Positions 13,880-26,799 of a stretch of DNA of 64,000 nt are shown one piece after another. Positions within the stretch are counted from its first letter, which is position 1. The number at the start of each line of letters is the position of its first letter. The notes beneath the pieces were generated by a model. The model made no database searches, had not been told where the DNA came from, and saw only the letters and a list, made by a program, of their open reading frames with translations. The position numbers and the translations under genes were made by a program. The DNA is taken from assembly GCA_951406725.2 (NCBI GenBank), contig OX597814.1:203918001-203982000 (forward strand), read 5' to 3'. This DNA comes from Octopus vulgaris. Taxonomy: Eukaryota.

Positions 13880-15522
13880 TTTGACAGGATCCCCCAATCC
13901 CTTATCTGGTGGTCAAATGCAGAAACTAGGTATAGATCAGTGGTTGGTGAGAGCTGTATAAGCCATGTACAGGGTGTTGTCAGTAAGGTGAAGGTTGCAA
14001 TGAGTATAGTGAAAAATTCAGGGTACAAGTAGGGTTTCACCAAGAACCAGTCCTTAGCCCCCACCCCACCTCCCCCCTGTTCATCATAGTCCTCCAAGCA
14101 ATAATAGTGGAATTTAAGACAGGGAGCTCCTCTATGCTGATAACCTTGTTCTTAAAGCTGATCCACAATTAGAGAAGTTTCAAGTATGGAAACAAGGTCT
14201 GGAATGAAAGGGCCTCAGAGTTAACCTAACAAAAACCAAATAATTAGTAAGTAGGAGAGCAGACAAATTACAAATCCCTACAGGTAGATAGTCCAGCTCA
14301 ATCTGTAGGAAAGGCATAAGCAGAAACTCCCATAAGATGTACCTGGTGTAAGCTATGGACACATAAGAGGTGCAGCAATATCAGAGGAAGATTAACTGGG
14401 AAAATAGTTTTTGTGTGTGGACGGTGCACAGGTACAATAAACACTAAAATGTACAGAAAACAGACTCCATTGACTGCCAGGGATGAGGGGGGGGGGGTAA
14501 ACTAGAAGTAGTAGATAGCTTCCATTATTTAGGTGACCAAATCAGTAGCGGTGGTGGATGCTCTGAGAGCGTAGTTGCAAAATAAGAATAGGTTGGGTAA
14601 AGTTCAGAGAGTTCCTACCCCTGCTGGCAACAAAGAGTGAAAAGTAGATTGTATGAAGCCTGTGTATGAAGAGCTATGCTACATGACAGTGAAACATGGA
14701 TTGTGACTGCTGAGGACATTGAAAGAAATGAAGCTAGTATGCTTCCCTAGATGTGTAATGTCAGTGTGCATGTATGACAGTGTGTAAGCATCTTGAGAGC
14801 AAAGTTGTGTATAAGAGGCATTAGGTGTAGTGTGCAAGAGAGATGGCATGGTCATGTGATGCATAAGGATCAGAACAGCTGTTTAAAGAAGTGCCAATCT
14901 CTAACTGTGGAGGGAAGCTGTAGAAGAGGTAGATCCAGGAAGACATGGGACGAAGCGGTGAAGCATGATTTTTGAACGCTGGACCTCATGGAGTGACTGA
15001 GACCTTTGGTGATATGCTGTACTTGAGAAAACCTGTCAACCCATGCCGGTGGGATATAAACGATACCATTCAAGAGTTGGGCCTCTGGAGGCAATGTGAC
15101 TGATGCCAGTGTCACATAACTAGCACTCAGGTGTTGGGCCTCATGAAGGTAATGTGGCCAATGCCAGTGTTGCGTAACTAGCACCTGTGCCGGTGGCACA
15201 TAAAAAGCTTCTTTCAAGCGTTGCACCTCATGGAGGCAATGACAAATGACTGAGACACTTGGTGATATGCTGTGCAAAAGAAAAAGACCCATCAAGCCAA
15301 ATGAAATTGTAGTCATAGGAGACACTGGCACCCATGCCGGTGGCATGTAAAAGCACCCATTACACTCTCAGACTGGTTGGTGTTAGGAAGAGCATCCAGC
15401 CATAGAAACTATGCCAGATCAGACTGGAGTCTGGTGCAGCCCCTCAGCTTACCAGCCCTAGTCAAACCATTCAGCCCATGCTAGCATGGACAATGGGCAT
15501 TAATTGATGATGATGATGATTA
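13880..15522 (+). mobile_element. Decayed RTE-clade LINE, 3' portion (RT C-terminal half, 3' UTR, (GAT)n tail)
   Basis: Motifs GFHQ..VLSP, LLYADNLVL (14125-14152), LRVNLTKTK, Cys/His finger, VDSFHYLGDQI, SETW, RGRSRKTWDEAVKHD. Duplicated 3' UTR subunits (~14995 and ~15248) and a gatgatgat tail. Confidence 0.8.
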
Positions 15523-15844
15523 TCTTTGTCTTTTAACATCCATGTTTCATGCTGGCATGAATTAGACAACTTGACAGGATCTAATGGGTCTGAGGATTAC
15601 TTTGTGTTCCAACTGTCCATTTTAGCATGGTTTCTATGTCTGGATGCTCTTCCTAATGCCAATCATTCTACAGAGTGTACTGGACACATTTTTCATGGCA
15701 CCAGCACACAGGAAGTCATTATATGGTCCCAAGTTCATTACCACTATGTGGTATTTTGAGCAAGTGTCTTCTACTATAGCCTCAGGCCATCCAGATTCTT
15801 GAATGAGAATTTGGTACTTGAAAACTGAAAGCTCATTATTCATT

Positions 15845-15930
<86 letters not shown>

Positions 15931-18900
15931 AAGATGTATATGTGTTTACATTTATACTCAATGAAAATCACTATGAGAAGTGTTTTGTTATCACTACTCC
16001 TGTTTCTCCTGTCAACAAATCATCCACTCACTTCACACCTTTGAAGAGATGTGAAATATGAGATCAGGGTATCTGGTTACAAAGCAATGCCTTGATGATA
16101 TATATATATGTCTGACCTACAACAGCATGGAAAAACAGGTGTAAATCACAAACACACATGCAGGAATGCCACATATTCTAGCCAAGATTACAATCTTAAT
16201 AATCCCAATATTTTTGCTTTTAATATGAATAGGATATAGACTTTTAGATAGATTTTTAGTCTTTTTTATTGATTAAGTAGAAGGATAAAGGTTTATATGT
16301 CAAACTATTACAAGTTATAACCTAAATATCTACATTCAAAATATTTCCCCCATGAATAAAACCTTTGAAAATGTGCCCCAGTATGGCCACAGTTCACTGA
16401 AAGAAGTAAAAGACCGATATAATAAACATGGTAGAAAATTATGAAGCTTTTCATTGAAACAGATTGCTAGATTATGTCAACATTGCAAAGTACATGGATT
16501 GATTATTGGGTTTATTAAGAAACTGTTCATTCGCATAATGGACTTTGGAAACAGAATGCATTACCATGGTTGGAATTTAGAGAGGAAGTTGAAGTTAGAA
16601 ATTCTAAAGGGAACGAATTTCAAATATTACAATGGGAAAGTGAACTTGAAAAGAAATATTTACTGAACGAAAATCAAGATTTTTAAATGAATAAGATTTT
16701 AAATGAATTTTAATACAAAACACACAAAAAGGAAAGGAAATGTTTACCAATTTGGAAAACTAAACACACTTAAAAATATTTAACAAATTTTCAGTTACAA
16801 CTCCATCCCTTACAACTTGCATCTTTAAACATATCCCCCCATCACATTGTTACAGAACATCCCTCTCTATACCCTCAGTACTACTTATACTCCTCACCCC
16901 TACTGTTCAATGTGGGTAATTCCCCAATACATCTCCAACACTACCTCTCTCTCTCTCTCTCTCATTGATTGTCTATCTTTTTCACAAACTCTCTCCCTCC
17001 TTCCTTCTCTTTCCTTGTCCTACTGGGATGGCCAAGTCTCTCTTCTATAGTAAAACAACTATCTCTGCCCTCAATTATACTCTAACATCTTGCCTGGCAC
17101 ACATCCACTTCTCTTGGTTCCACTCCTTCACTCAACTAAGATATCTTTGTCTTGCAAGTTACTAGTCAACCTCACTGGATTTCTATCTACCAAATCCACT
17201 CACAAGGCTTTGGTCAGCCTGAGGCTATAGCAGAAGACACTCACCTAAGGTGCCATGCAGTGGGACTGAACCCAGAACCATGTGGTTGGGAAACAAGTTC
17301 CTTACCACACAGCCAGGCTTCAGTATTATAATTGAAGCAAAAGTTGTATTTCAACAGAAACTTACTTAACCAAACAGTTAATTCAGTCAATCCATTATTG
17401 CCCTCTTAGTAGCTATGCTGGTTGTTAAAAGCCACCAAATTTGCTGCTGCGTTTCAGACAAATTTTACATAGGATTCAGGTCTCGCTCATAACCACTCAA
17501 TTCCTTGTACAAACTTTTTTGTTTGCTTTCAACCAAAGTAACCAACCAGCTCTGAGACAACTGCCTCTTCCAATACTCTCTATCAACACATCTCTGAGCC
17601 ACTTCATATCCTTGAAATTATTGGATAGTAAAATAAATAAATAAATAAATATTAACAATTTGAAATCAATTCCCATAAAGCAGAAAAAGAGAGAAAAAGA
17701 AATATGTCAGATAATTTAGTGTATAATAAATTCAAATCCTATCAATTTCATCATCATTTAAAGATCATGTTCTGTGTTCCATGCTGGCATGGAATATGGA
17801 TGGTTTCACAGGATCCAACCAGTCTGAAGTATGCATTGTGCTCCATCATCTGCTTTGGTATGATTTCTCCAGTGAAACACTCTTCCTAATGACAACCACT
17901 TTACAGTTTGTACTGATGCATTCATCATGGCACCAGAGCTGGTTAAGTTTCCATGCAGCTTGCAACATAGCCTACACCAAAAGAGGAGGCTTTACACGAG
18001 AAGATGAGAGGTTGAAGCATGAGAGAAGTAGGGCCAGAGCAGAAGAGGTCTTTTGCTATAGAGGAGCCACATGGTCATTCACGTTTTGGAAACGAGAGTA
18101 GGAGAGGTCAAGGTGAATCCTCAATGTACAAGGTGAGTAGAAGTGTATGAAGGAAGGAGTAGTGGAAGAAGTACCAAAAGTGTGGGTGGAATTTGCAAGA
18201 TGGTATCAAGGGATTTAGAGATAGAGAATAGAAGAGAGGACAGGGAAGTGGGCAACCACTGTAAAGATTGGGTAGGGTTGAAGGGTGGATGTAGTGAATG
18301 ATGAAAAACAAATTCTCTGAGTTAGGGGAGTTGGGGGTTTATGACTAGGAGATGACTGATAGTATGGAGGGCAGCTTCAGAGATTTAGACAAAGGAAGCT
18401 AGGAAGATGGAGAAAAACAATAACAAATAACAACAAGGTATTTTTTATAGATTAAGCGAAGTGAGCGTTAAAAGCTATGTATATAGATACAAAAGTTAAC
18501 TCAGGACATAAGTTGATTAGTCTCATCCCACCGGATCAATAGAAACGTTACAGTAATCTCTCTCTCTCTCTCTAACATGTTGTCTATAATATGTGAATAT
18601 AGGTTATTAGGACAATAATTCAGCAGACTCCAGTTTCAGTTGTGGGGAATGCAAAAGAAAAACAAAAAAGATGCGGAAATAAATCAGAAAGGATGCTTGT
18701 CAATAATTGCATATTGGTTGGTTAAGTGGAAACAATGTGTTGCAGTATTTCAAATAATTATTCTAATGAAGTTTTTTTTTACTTCTCTCTCTCAAAGGTG
18801 AGAGGAGGTGGGTAGCAAGAACGATATGTTATATTTCACTGAAGCATGAAACCAGTTTATAATTTCTTTGCTTGAAATATATGATATTAATATTGACATG

Positions 18901-19045
18901 ATAAATGAGACTGTAATAATCTGTAACACAATAAATGACAGGATTAAATTCCTTTAAATATTTTAGAGCATAGCAATCAAACCCAACAACCCATTTGATC
19001 AATTTTAGATATCAAATGTTCACTAAAAGTATTCAAAGAGGTCAA

Positions 19046-19180
19046 GAGAGAGACAGAGGCAAATAGAGAATGAAACGGATGAAGAGAGAGAGAGAGACAG
19101 ACAGAGAGACAGATGGAGAGAGAGAGAGACAGACAGACAGATAAAGAAAGAGACATAGAGAGAAACAGAGATAGAGAAAA

Positions 19181-19229
<49 letters not shown>

Positions 19230-19306
19230 AAGAAAGAGATATAGAGAAACAGAGGTAGAGAAAAAGACAGAGAAATAAAGACAGAGAGAGAGAGAGAGAG
19301 AGAGAC
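19046..19306. repeat. GA/GACA compound microsatellite
   Basis: Purine-rich on the + strand. Similar blocks at 29836-29938, 43402-43462, 56362-56632. Confidence 0.9.
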
Positions 19307-20483
19307 TACCTCTCAAAGAACTTAACTGTATTAGATATGATGCTCGAGATAAGCAATTTTCAAAAATATTTGCCAACAAATTTTCTAACCACTTTGGGAT
19401 GTTCATTTCTGAACTGCTTTACTGATTTAATACACGTTTTCAAAATAAATTTGATAGTAGTTCTCATGTAGACATGTGTGAATAGTTGGGAAGAAGTGAT
19501 GAAGTCAGATGTCAGCATACCAAACCACTAAAAAATTTGGATGATAACAGATCTGAGATGAAGTGGATAGCATGCTGTATGACAGACATGTCTCACACTC
19601 CTGCCAATACAAAGAAATGAATATTAACATGATGATGACGATGATGATCTTATCCTCCATCCATACCACAACCACTCAACTTGAAATTGTACTAATACAA
19701 GATTAATGTGTTTACTTAAGAAACATGTGAATTGACAATAGCAGAGTTTTACATTATATTATTTGGTTCAGACATTAGGTCTACGTACATCAATATGTCT
19801 AATTATATAAGAAGAGGCATGGCTGTGTGGTGAAGAAATACGCTTCCCAACCACATGGTTTGTGGGTTCAGTCTCACTGTATAGTACCTTGGGCAAGTGT
19901 CTTCCATTTCTCCAGGCTAACCAAAGCCTTTGTGTGGATTTGGTAGATGGAAACTGAAACATGCCAGTCATGTGTGTGTGTGTGTGTGTCTTAGCATCAT
20001 GGGATTGATATGAGTATCCCTATCATGCAAAGTATCTTATTTCCAATCTTCCATAGAAACATGACTGGCCATGGGGAAAATATCACTTTGCTTGTAAACA
20101 AGTTGGGGGTCAATGGCATGAAGGGCTTTATGTCCTTTGTGTCATCAACCTAGAAAAATCTGTCTCCACAGATTCTATTGACCCATGAAACTATGAAAAT
20201 GTAAATGTTAAAACAATGATGATTGTGATGAGAATATACATCTCTAGAAATACTGAACACTATTAATAAATGAGTAAGCAGCTGGATGTGTCTGTAATTC
20301 AGAAAGTACAGCCTTGTCACACTGGTTCTGCCTGAAAATTACATTAAGAGTTTACATGTCTGTGGAATACTCAGGCACTTGTAAGTTAAGGCACTAGTCA
20401 GTTTGAGAAGACACCTGTTCACAATGACACGTCATCAACAGAATCATAAGCCATGATGTTATGAAAGAAACTTCGCCACATTA

Positions 20484-20562
20484 CAGTGATGCTAAAGAAA
20501 AACCTCCCAAATATTGGTTTATCAAGAATAGTAAATATGGAGGGGTTTTTGGCTGCACCCTG
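20484..20562. mobile_element. Tiny TA-flanked inverted-repeat relic (Tc1/mariner MITE-like)
   Basis: ta|cagtgatgc..aaaaacctcccaaatatt ... aaatatggaggggtttttggctgcaccctg|ta. Confidence 0.45.
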
Positions 20563-20568
20563 TATCTT

Positions 20569-20594
20569 ACTTACCTGGAAATTAAAGGAAAACC
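20569..20594 (-). promoter_or_regulatory. Candidate recursive splice site (ratchet point)
   Basis: Minus strand reads ggttttcctttaatttccag|gtaagt: pyrimidine tract and CAG directly followed by a perfect donor. Junction at 20575/20574. Confidence 0.45.
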
Positions 20595-21890
20595 CTTTTC
20601 TAAAAATCAGAACACAATGTTTTCAATAGGAAAAAAAGAAAATGCATTTTTAAATGTTTTTTTTTTTTCCCCCAACAATTATCTTCTGGCATTAAAATAT
20701 TAATTTTTTGGAACATAATAGGATTTATGCTACAAATTAATTATATTAAGGAAGTAGTATCAGTTCAGTAAAGTTAATGATGGATTAGAAGATGCAACAA
20801 AGAACAAGTTCCTTGGAGGGATGTAGCACAAACAGTAAAACTGAAGGCGGTGGAAAAGAAAACAATATTCTTAAAAAAAAAAATTTTTTTTTTTTAAACT
20901 ATTTCTTTAGCTCTTAGTTACTATGTAACACACAAGCAAAATTTGGCTTTAATAGCATCAGCAAAATCATTAATCAATACATATGTAGTTGGTGTTATTA
21001 GTCCTAAATTGGCCCTTCAGAGCAAAAGCACTGAAGCCAGAAATAAGAGTATTTTTCAGGAAGTGTATCTGGATTACATTATCCAATATATAATTCTTTA
21101 AAACAGTAGGGTGATATTTGAGGGAGATTTGACTGCTGGTTTTAGCAAGAAGAGTATAGAAACTCCCTCATTAGCTGCCTGAGGATATCTAATAATTCTC
21201 TAGTTTGCAAAAGGAGAACAAATATTTAATGTAATTAAATATAATATTTAGAGAAATTAATCACATAAAGTTAATGAATAAATAAAATTGATATTTAACT
21301 GAAAAACTATTTGGAAAACTCAAAATGTTTCAGAAATGAATTTTATCATTGGCAAAACTCTTCTCAGTCAGCAGTATTGTCACTAATCCTTTTGCAGTTA
21401 TTTATTTGCAGCTTAAAAATTCATAAATCATTTTATGGAAGCTGATTTTTGTTATAAATTACTTGAGATATCAACACAGCATCTTTACAGTTACAGATGG
21501 TTGGCATCAATGCTTCAACGCAGCTTTCTGTAACCAAGACTTGTTAATTTCTTTCATGAATATTCTTATCAGTAGACTGTCCCCATGTATTTCAAATTTA
21601 TTTTCAATATAACCAAAACTTTACTGTGGCCTTAGTAAAATATCTACCTTTATCATTATTTAGCATCAATTTTTCCATGGTTGCATGGGTCAGACAAATT
21701 TTGTTGAGGCAGGTTTTCTACAACCAGATACTCTTCCTGTTTCCAAGCAAAGTAACAGTTCCCCATGGCCAGAATGGTTTTCATGGAAGACTGAAAACAA
21801 ACATTGCTTGTATGATGGTGATCCCATTTACAACCAACATGTGCCCTCAAGTCAAAGGTACACACCAATACACATAAACAAATATGTATA

Positions 21891-22785
21891 TGAGGTGGTG
21901 TCAAAAGGTTCCTGGACTAGTTATGTTTGATAACGAATAACTTATTTACCTTCAAAATAGTCACTTTATGCAGTGATATACAGGTCCTAGCATTCCTGCC
22001 ACTTTTGGAATCCAGCTTGGAAGTCGTTTTCCGTAAGTGAGTCAAAAGACCTTCTGCAAATCGCTCTTGATCTCGACAAGGGTGTGAAAACAGCAACCTT
22101 TGAACTGCATTCTCATCTTGGGGAAGAGATTGAAGTCGGCAGGTGCTCAATCTGGCAAATAGGGCAGGTATGGAAGTGATACCATGTTGTTTTTGGCAAG
22201 AAACTCACAAGTGAGGAGAGTTCAGTGACAGGGTGCATTGTCATCATGAAGAATCCAATTCTTTGTGCTCTATGGATCCAGTTGCTTTTGCCGAATGTCC
22301 TCCCTCAAACCCTTCAAAACTTTGAAGTAAAACTCTTAATGGACAGCCTGGCCCAGGGAGAGGAATTTTCAATGCACAATACTGTGGATGTCAAAAAAAC
22401 AATGAACATGCTCTTGACTGAGCTGTGGCTCTGTTGTGCCGTTTGAAGCACCCATATCACTTGAAACACTGCATATGACCCACTGCCTTGATACTGTAAG
22501 CTTGCCAAAGCATGCTCAATGTCTGTGTAGCAGATTTCCTAAGTTTAATGCAGTATTTCACACTGGTTCTTTGTTCCAACTTCCAGTCCATGACAAAAAT
22601 CGCAGACTACTGCATACATGTGATTGCAAAAATACAAATTTTGCAACTTGCAATGTAAACAGAGCGATGTCACTCAGCAGACTGCCTCATGAAGGTCATT
22701 ACTAGCTCTCACTGTGCACACAGCTATGTACTACCATCTGTTGGTGCACTGCTGAACTAGATCGGAACTTTTTGATACCACCTCA
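21891..22785 (-). mobile_element. Internally deleted mariner (895 bp) inserted into a SINE
   Basis: Termini TA|tgaggtggtgtcaaaaggttcc ... ggaactttttgataccacctca|TA. Minus strand has N-terminal EQRTSVKYCIKLRKSATQTLSML, then jumps at ~22437 to KSMFIVF, WILHDDNAPCH, PADFNLFPKM, GFQKWQEC, DYFEG. Confidence 0.9.
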
Positions 22786-23311
22786 TATATGTACAATGAA
22801 AGGTTTCTTCCAGTTTCCATCTGCCAAATCCACTCACAAGACTGGTCGGCCTGGGGATATAGTAGAAGACACTTGTCCAAGATTCTACACAATGAGACTG
22901 ATCCCAAGACCAGATAGTCAAGAAACAAGCTTATATTAGAGGGTGATGACCACTCATTGAGATTTTACTTTCAAACGTTAATGTATTAGCATGGGTGTTC
23001 TTATGCAGGTTAGTATTAAGTGTTGGAGAAGGCAAACACCAGGAAGCTTTTTTTCTCTCTTTTTTTTTTATCCAAAAGAATAAAGAAAAGAAATAAAAGT
23101 CCTTATAAGAACAATGAAATATTAAGTTTAAGTATAATTTGGTAGAGCAAAATTTATTTCATTGTATTTCATGCACGTGCATGAATATACTGACCAACAG
23201 TCATTTAAATTTAAGAACTTGACCTGCAAAAATTAACAATGCATTTCTCCAGAGAAGAACTTTGGAAGAGAGAGAGAAAGAAAGAAAGAAAGAGGAGAAG
23301 GGGACACTTAC

Positions 23312-23487
23312 TCGATCCTTGGCTGCCAGCAGCTGTTTGACCACTACTTTATCTGCAAGTAACAATACCCGGGTGATAGCTGATAAAAGCTGCCTTGCAG
23401 CTCGCACCATGGCTGTTTTTTCTTTGATTGTCTTTGCATGTCCTGAGTTTCCATCAGGAGTAGCTGTCAACTTCTGGATGCTAACAC
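23312..23487 (-). CDS. CTNNAL1: Alpha-catulin, next coding exon (probably exon 3)
   Basis: Splice sites atttcag|GT...GATCGA|gtaagt; 176 nt, phase 1 to 0, in frame with the 61.6-kb exon. Encodes (G)VSIQKLTATPDGNSGHAKTIKEKTAMVRAARQLLSAITRVLLLADKVVVKQLLAAKDR, containing the alpha-catenin/vinculin-family motif M-x-x-AAR-x-LLS-x-x-T-x-x-L-x-LAD. Confidence 0.93.
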
Positions 23488-25399
23488 CTGAAATTTAATA
23501 GCAAAATAAGGAAAAACATTAAACACAGTTTACAATAATTAGGGAAAATTTAAAGATAACATTTAAAGCAATTTTTAAAAATAAATTTTGTTACTGAAAA
23601 CAAAGGATTGAGGATTAAATTTTTCTATAATAGAAATAAAACTAAAAATATTAACATGAATTACTGAAGTGAGTACACGTCAATTTCTTGCTAACAGTGA
23701 CTAATCAGCCACTTGACAGACAAAGGTAATTATTAAAAAAATGCTTAGCCCTTTTCTTAGCATTTTTCTGTTGAAACATTCTGCCTTTATTTCAATTAAT
23801 TTCAAAAACAATTAAAAATTTAATAAAGTAACCATCATTAAGTTGATGCTAGGAACATAAATTGAGATCACTTTAAAAAAAGTGTGTATTCATAGAACCA
23901 GGGTGAGTCTTAGAAGGGTTCATATTAAAAGGGTTAAAGAGGCATCAAGGTATATGAATTAACAGATTTCTTATAAAAGTAAAGCATTAATCTTGCAATG
24001 AAAGAAATCCAGGGCTGACATCAAAGATAACAAAGTCGTGGAGTTATAGCTAGGGGCAGTATTGCCTAAGAAGTTCACTTCATGACCACAGGGTCCCAGG
24101 TTCGATATCACTGTGAGTGGTAACTTGGGCAAATGTCATTTTGTTTACCATCAAACCAACTCAAGTGAAACTGGGTAGACACAAACTGTAGGTGAATTGT
24201 ATGTGTAATTCAAAAAGATATTGCCTTGTTGTACCTTGTGTCATGTTGATTCTGGCTAAGAATTACATAAAAGGCACCCATGCCTGCAGAATGATCAGCC
24301 ACTTATATGTCAATCCAAAAACAGGTAACTCAGTCAATTGAACATCTGAGAGCCACCACTAGCTATAAAGATAGCAAATGTCTTGTAACCCTTCCTCTCT
24401 TTCACTCTCTCTCTCTCTCTCCTCTCTCTGTTATGAGTTATAGAATACAGTCTAAAATGAAATGGTAATCAAAGCTTGGTAAGACAGTAATATTTAACAG
24501 AAACTAATTTAACAGATTTGGTATATGAAAAAATGTTGTTCAGCTACAGGTCAAACTTGACTGAGCAGTCATAACATGATTTTTTATCTTTTACTGGTTT
24601 ACTTGTTTTCTCTTTTATTTGTTTTACTTAAGCTGTGGCCATGCTGGGGCCTTGAGCAGAAGTGCTCTGCTCAAAGACACAACATACCACCTGGTACATG
24701 AATTATGTGCACAACACCCTAACCACTAAGCCATGCACTTGCATACACACTATAAGAAATACACAATCATTATGCTTACTAGGGAGTCTGAAGACAAAAA
24801 TTCTTCAATGTCTCTAGCATGACTTTCATTCTCTTGCACATCTGTCACAGAATTACTGAGTTTTTATTATATATAAAATAGGTAAGTTGCAGCTTACAGA
24901 ATAAAAACTAAAGAAATTTAGCAAAAGAAGTTGGGTGAAATTTGATTCATATGATTTTAAAATATAATTAAGTTTAACATATATATATATTTATTAAATT
25001 TGCAGATGGTGCCTTTTATTTTCTGTATCAATAACTATTCAATGAAATCAATAAGGTCATTAGAGGAATCCAATTCACATTAATAAGCTAAAGTTCCTTT
25101 ATTTAATGAATTAAAAGTTCATAGTCGGATGAATATTGCATTTAATTATTCTGTATGAATATAAAAATCATCTGACAATGTGTAAACATTTCATGCAAAT
25201 TCAACTTAATTTCAATGCACCTCTTTCTTTTGACACTTCAACAAAATGAGAAAGCAGACATTTCAAAGAAATATTATGTATTTATTCATTAGATGTTATA
25301 TTTTCATTAGATGTTTATCATTTAAAATCAGAAACCATGATATTTTGATACTTCATTGACTAAATCGGTCTGTTTTATGTTTCATATATTAAATATTTA

Positions 25400-25762
25400 G
25401 GTATAGCTGTGTGATTAAAACTTGCTTCCCAACCACATGGCCTCAGGTTCGGTCTTATTGTATGGCAAGTTGGGAAAATTTCTTTGACTATATACCTGGA
25501 TCAACCAAAGCTTTGTGAGTGGATTTGGCAGAGAGAAACTGAAAGAATCTTGTTGTGTGTGTGTGTGTGTGTGACCATTGTTTGACAACTGGTGTTGGAG
25601 AGTTTACATCCCCACGACTTAGTGGTTCGGCAAAAGAGACTGATAAAATAAGTAACATGCTTAAAAAAAAAGTGCTGGCATAAATTCATTCACCTAAAAT
25701 TCTTGAAGGTGGTGCCCCAGTATGGCCGCAGTCTAATGACTGAAACAGGTAAAAGATAGAAG
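25400..25762 (+). mobile_element. SINE family A
   Basis: gctgtgtg...ccaaccacatgg...caggttcggtc head; cttagtggttcggcaaaagagac; gcagtctaatgactgaaacaggtaaaaga tail. Confidence 0.75.
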
Positions 25763-26470
25763 GTATATGTATGTTGTTGTCACCTTGTCTCAGTATTGAA
25801 TGACAGTCATAAACAAGTGGCAGCATCACACAAGCCGTGTCCATTTCCAATCTTCCATGAAAATATATCTAACCAGAGGGAAATATTCCCTTAATTGAAA
25901 ACAGGTTAGGGTTGGCATTAGGAAGAACATCAAGACATAAAATATCTACCTCAATGAATTCCATTTATCCCATGCTAGTATTGAAAAGTAGACATTGTGG
26001 TGGTGATACCACCACTACTACTACTGAAGCTTTCATACCAGAAACAAGCTGTTATGCTTCACTTTTGGTAATAGCTTTTTCAAATATACTTGTGTTACTA
26101 TTTTGATATGTGGCAATATTATTAAAAATATAGTGTTGATATTAAAACTAAGATGCAATGAAAAGTTTATTCCAGCAAAGTTCTAAGATACTTGAGCATT
26201 CTTCCTTGCTTTTGAACAATTTGCAATGGAAATATACTAACAAAAGAGTTAAGGTTATTGAAGTCCTGTTAAATAAAGTGTGGAATTTGGCTGATAAACT
26301 TCATTCCATAAAAATCATTACTCATCTTTCCTTCATGTAAAATCATTCCCCAACCATCATTCCCATAAAATCACTGCTTTTAGACACAAAACATGTGACC
26401 GACCACAGAATTATGAAGTATTCCAATCTACCTTAACTTATTAGGAAGAAGAATAACAACTAAACTACAC

Positions 26471-26700
26471 TATTGTGTTGAGTCAAAAGTTTCGCAATAT
26501 TTTGATAACTATTTGCTTTGTTTGTCAAAACAGCCAAGCATTCAAAGTGGAGGCCACTGTATTGCAGCACCTGAAGCCACTTTTCTGCCAGTTCTTTGAT
26601 CCCACACTGATACCAGTTCTTGTCCTTCAAGGTGAAGAACTCTTTCACTGAAGCTTCCACTTTCTCTTGCAAGAAATCAGCCATAGATCGGAAATCAAAT
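26471..26700 (-). mobile_element. Mariner 3' fragment (third family)
   Basis: Peptide FRSMADFL...VKEFFTLKDKNWYQCGIKELAEKWLQVLQYSGLHFE matches a mariner C-terminus. TIR-like end tattgtgttgagtcaaaagtttcgc. Confidence 0.7.
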
Positions 26701-26763
26701 ATTTTCATCAGCACGCACACGCACACACACACACACACACACATACATACATACACACACACA

Positions 26764-26799
<36 letters not shown>

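Noticed and set aside
23201-23311. ORF extension past KDR and a nearby tttttgcag|gtcaag site at ~23224
   Set aside because: Catulin similarity ends at the gtaagt donor. The downstream AG leads to no catulin-like peptide and gtcaag is a poor donor.
24875-24890. Plus-strand AG|GTAAGT words (also ~49160)
   Set aside because: Antisense to the gene and preceded by A-rich sequence rather than a pyrimidine tract.
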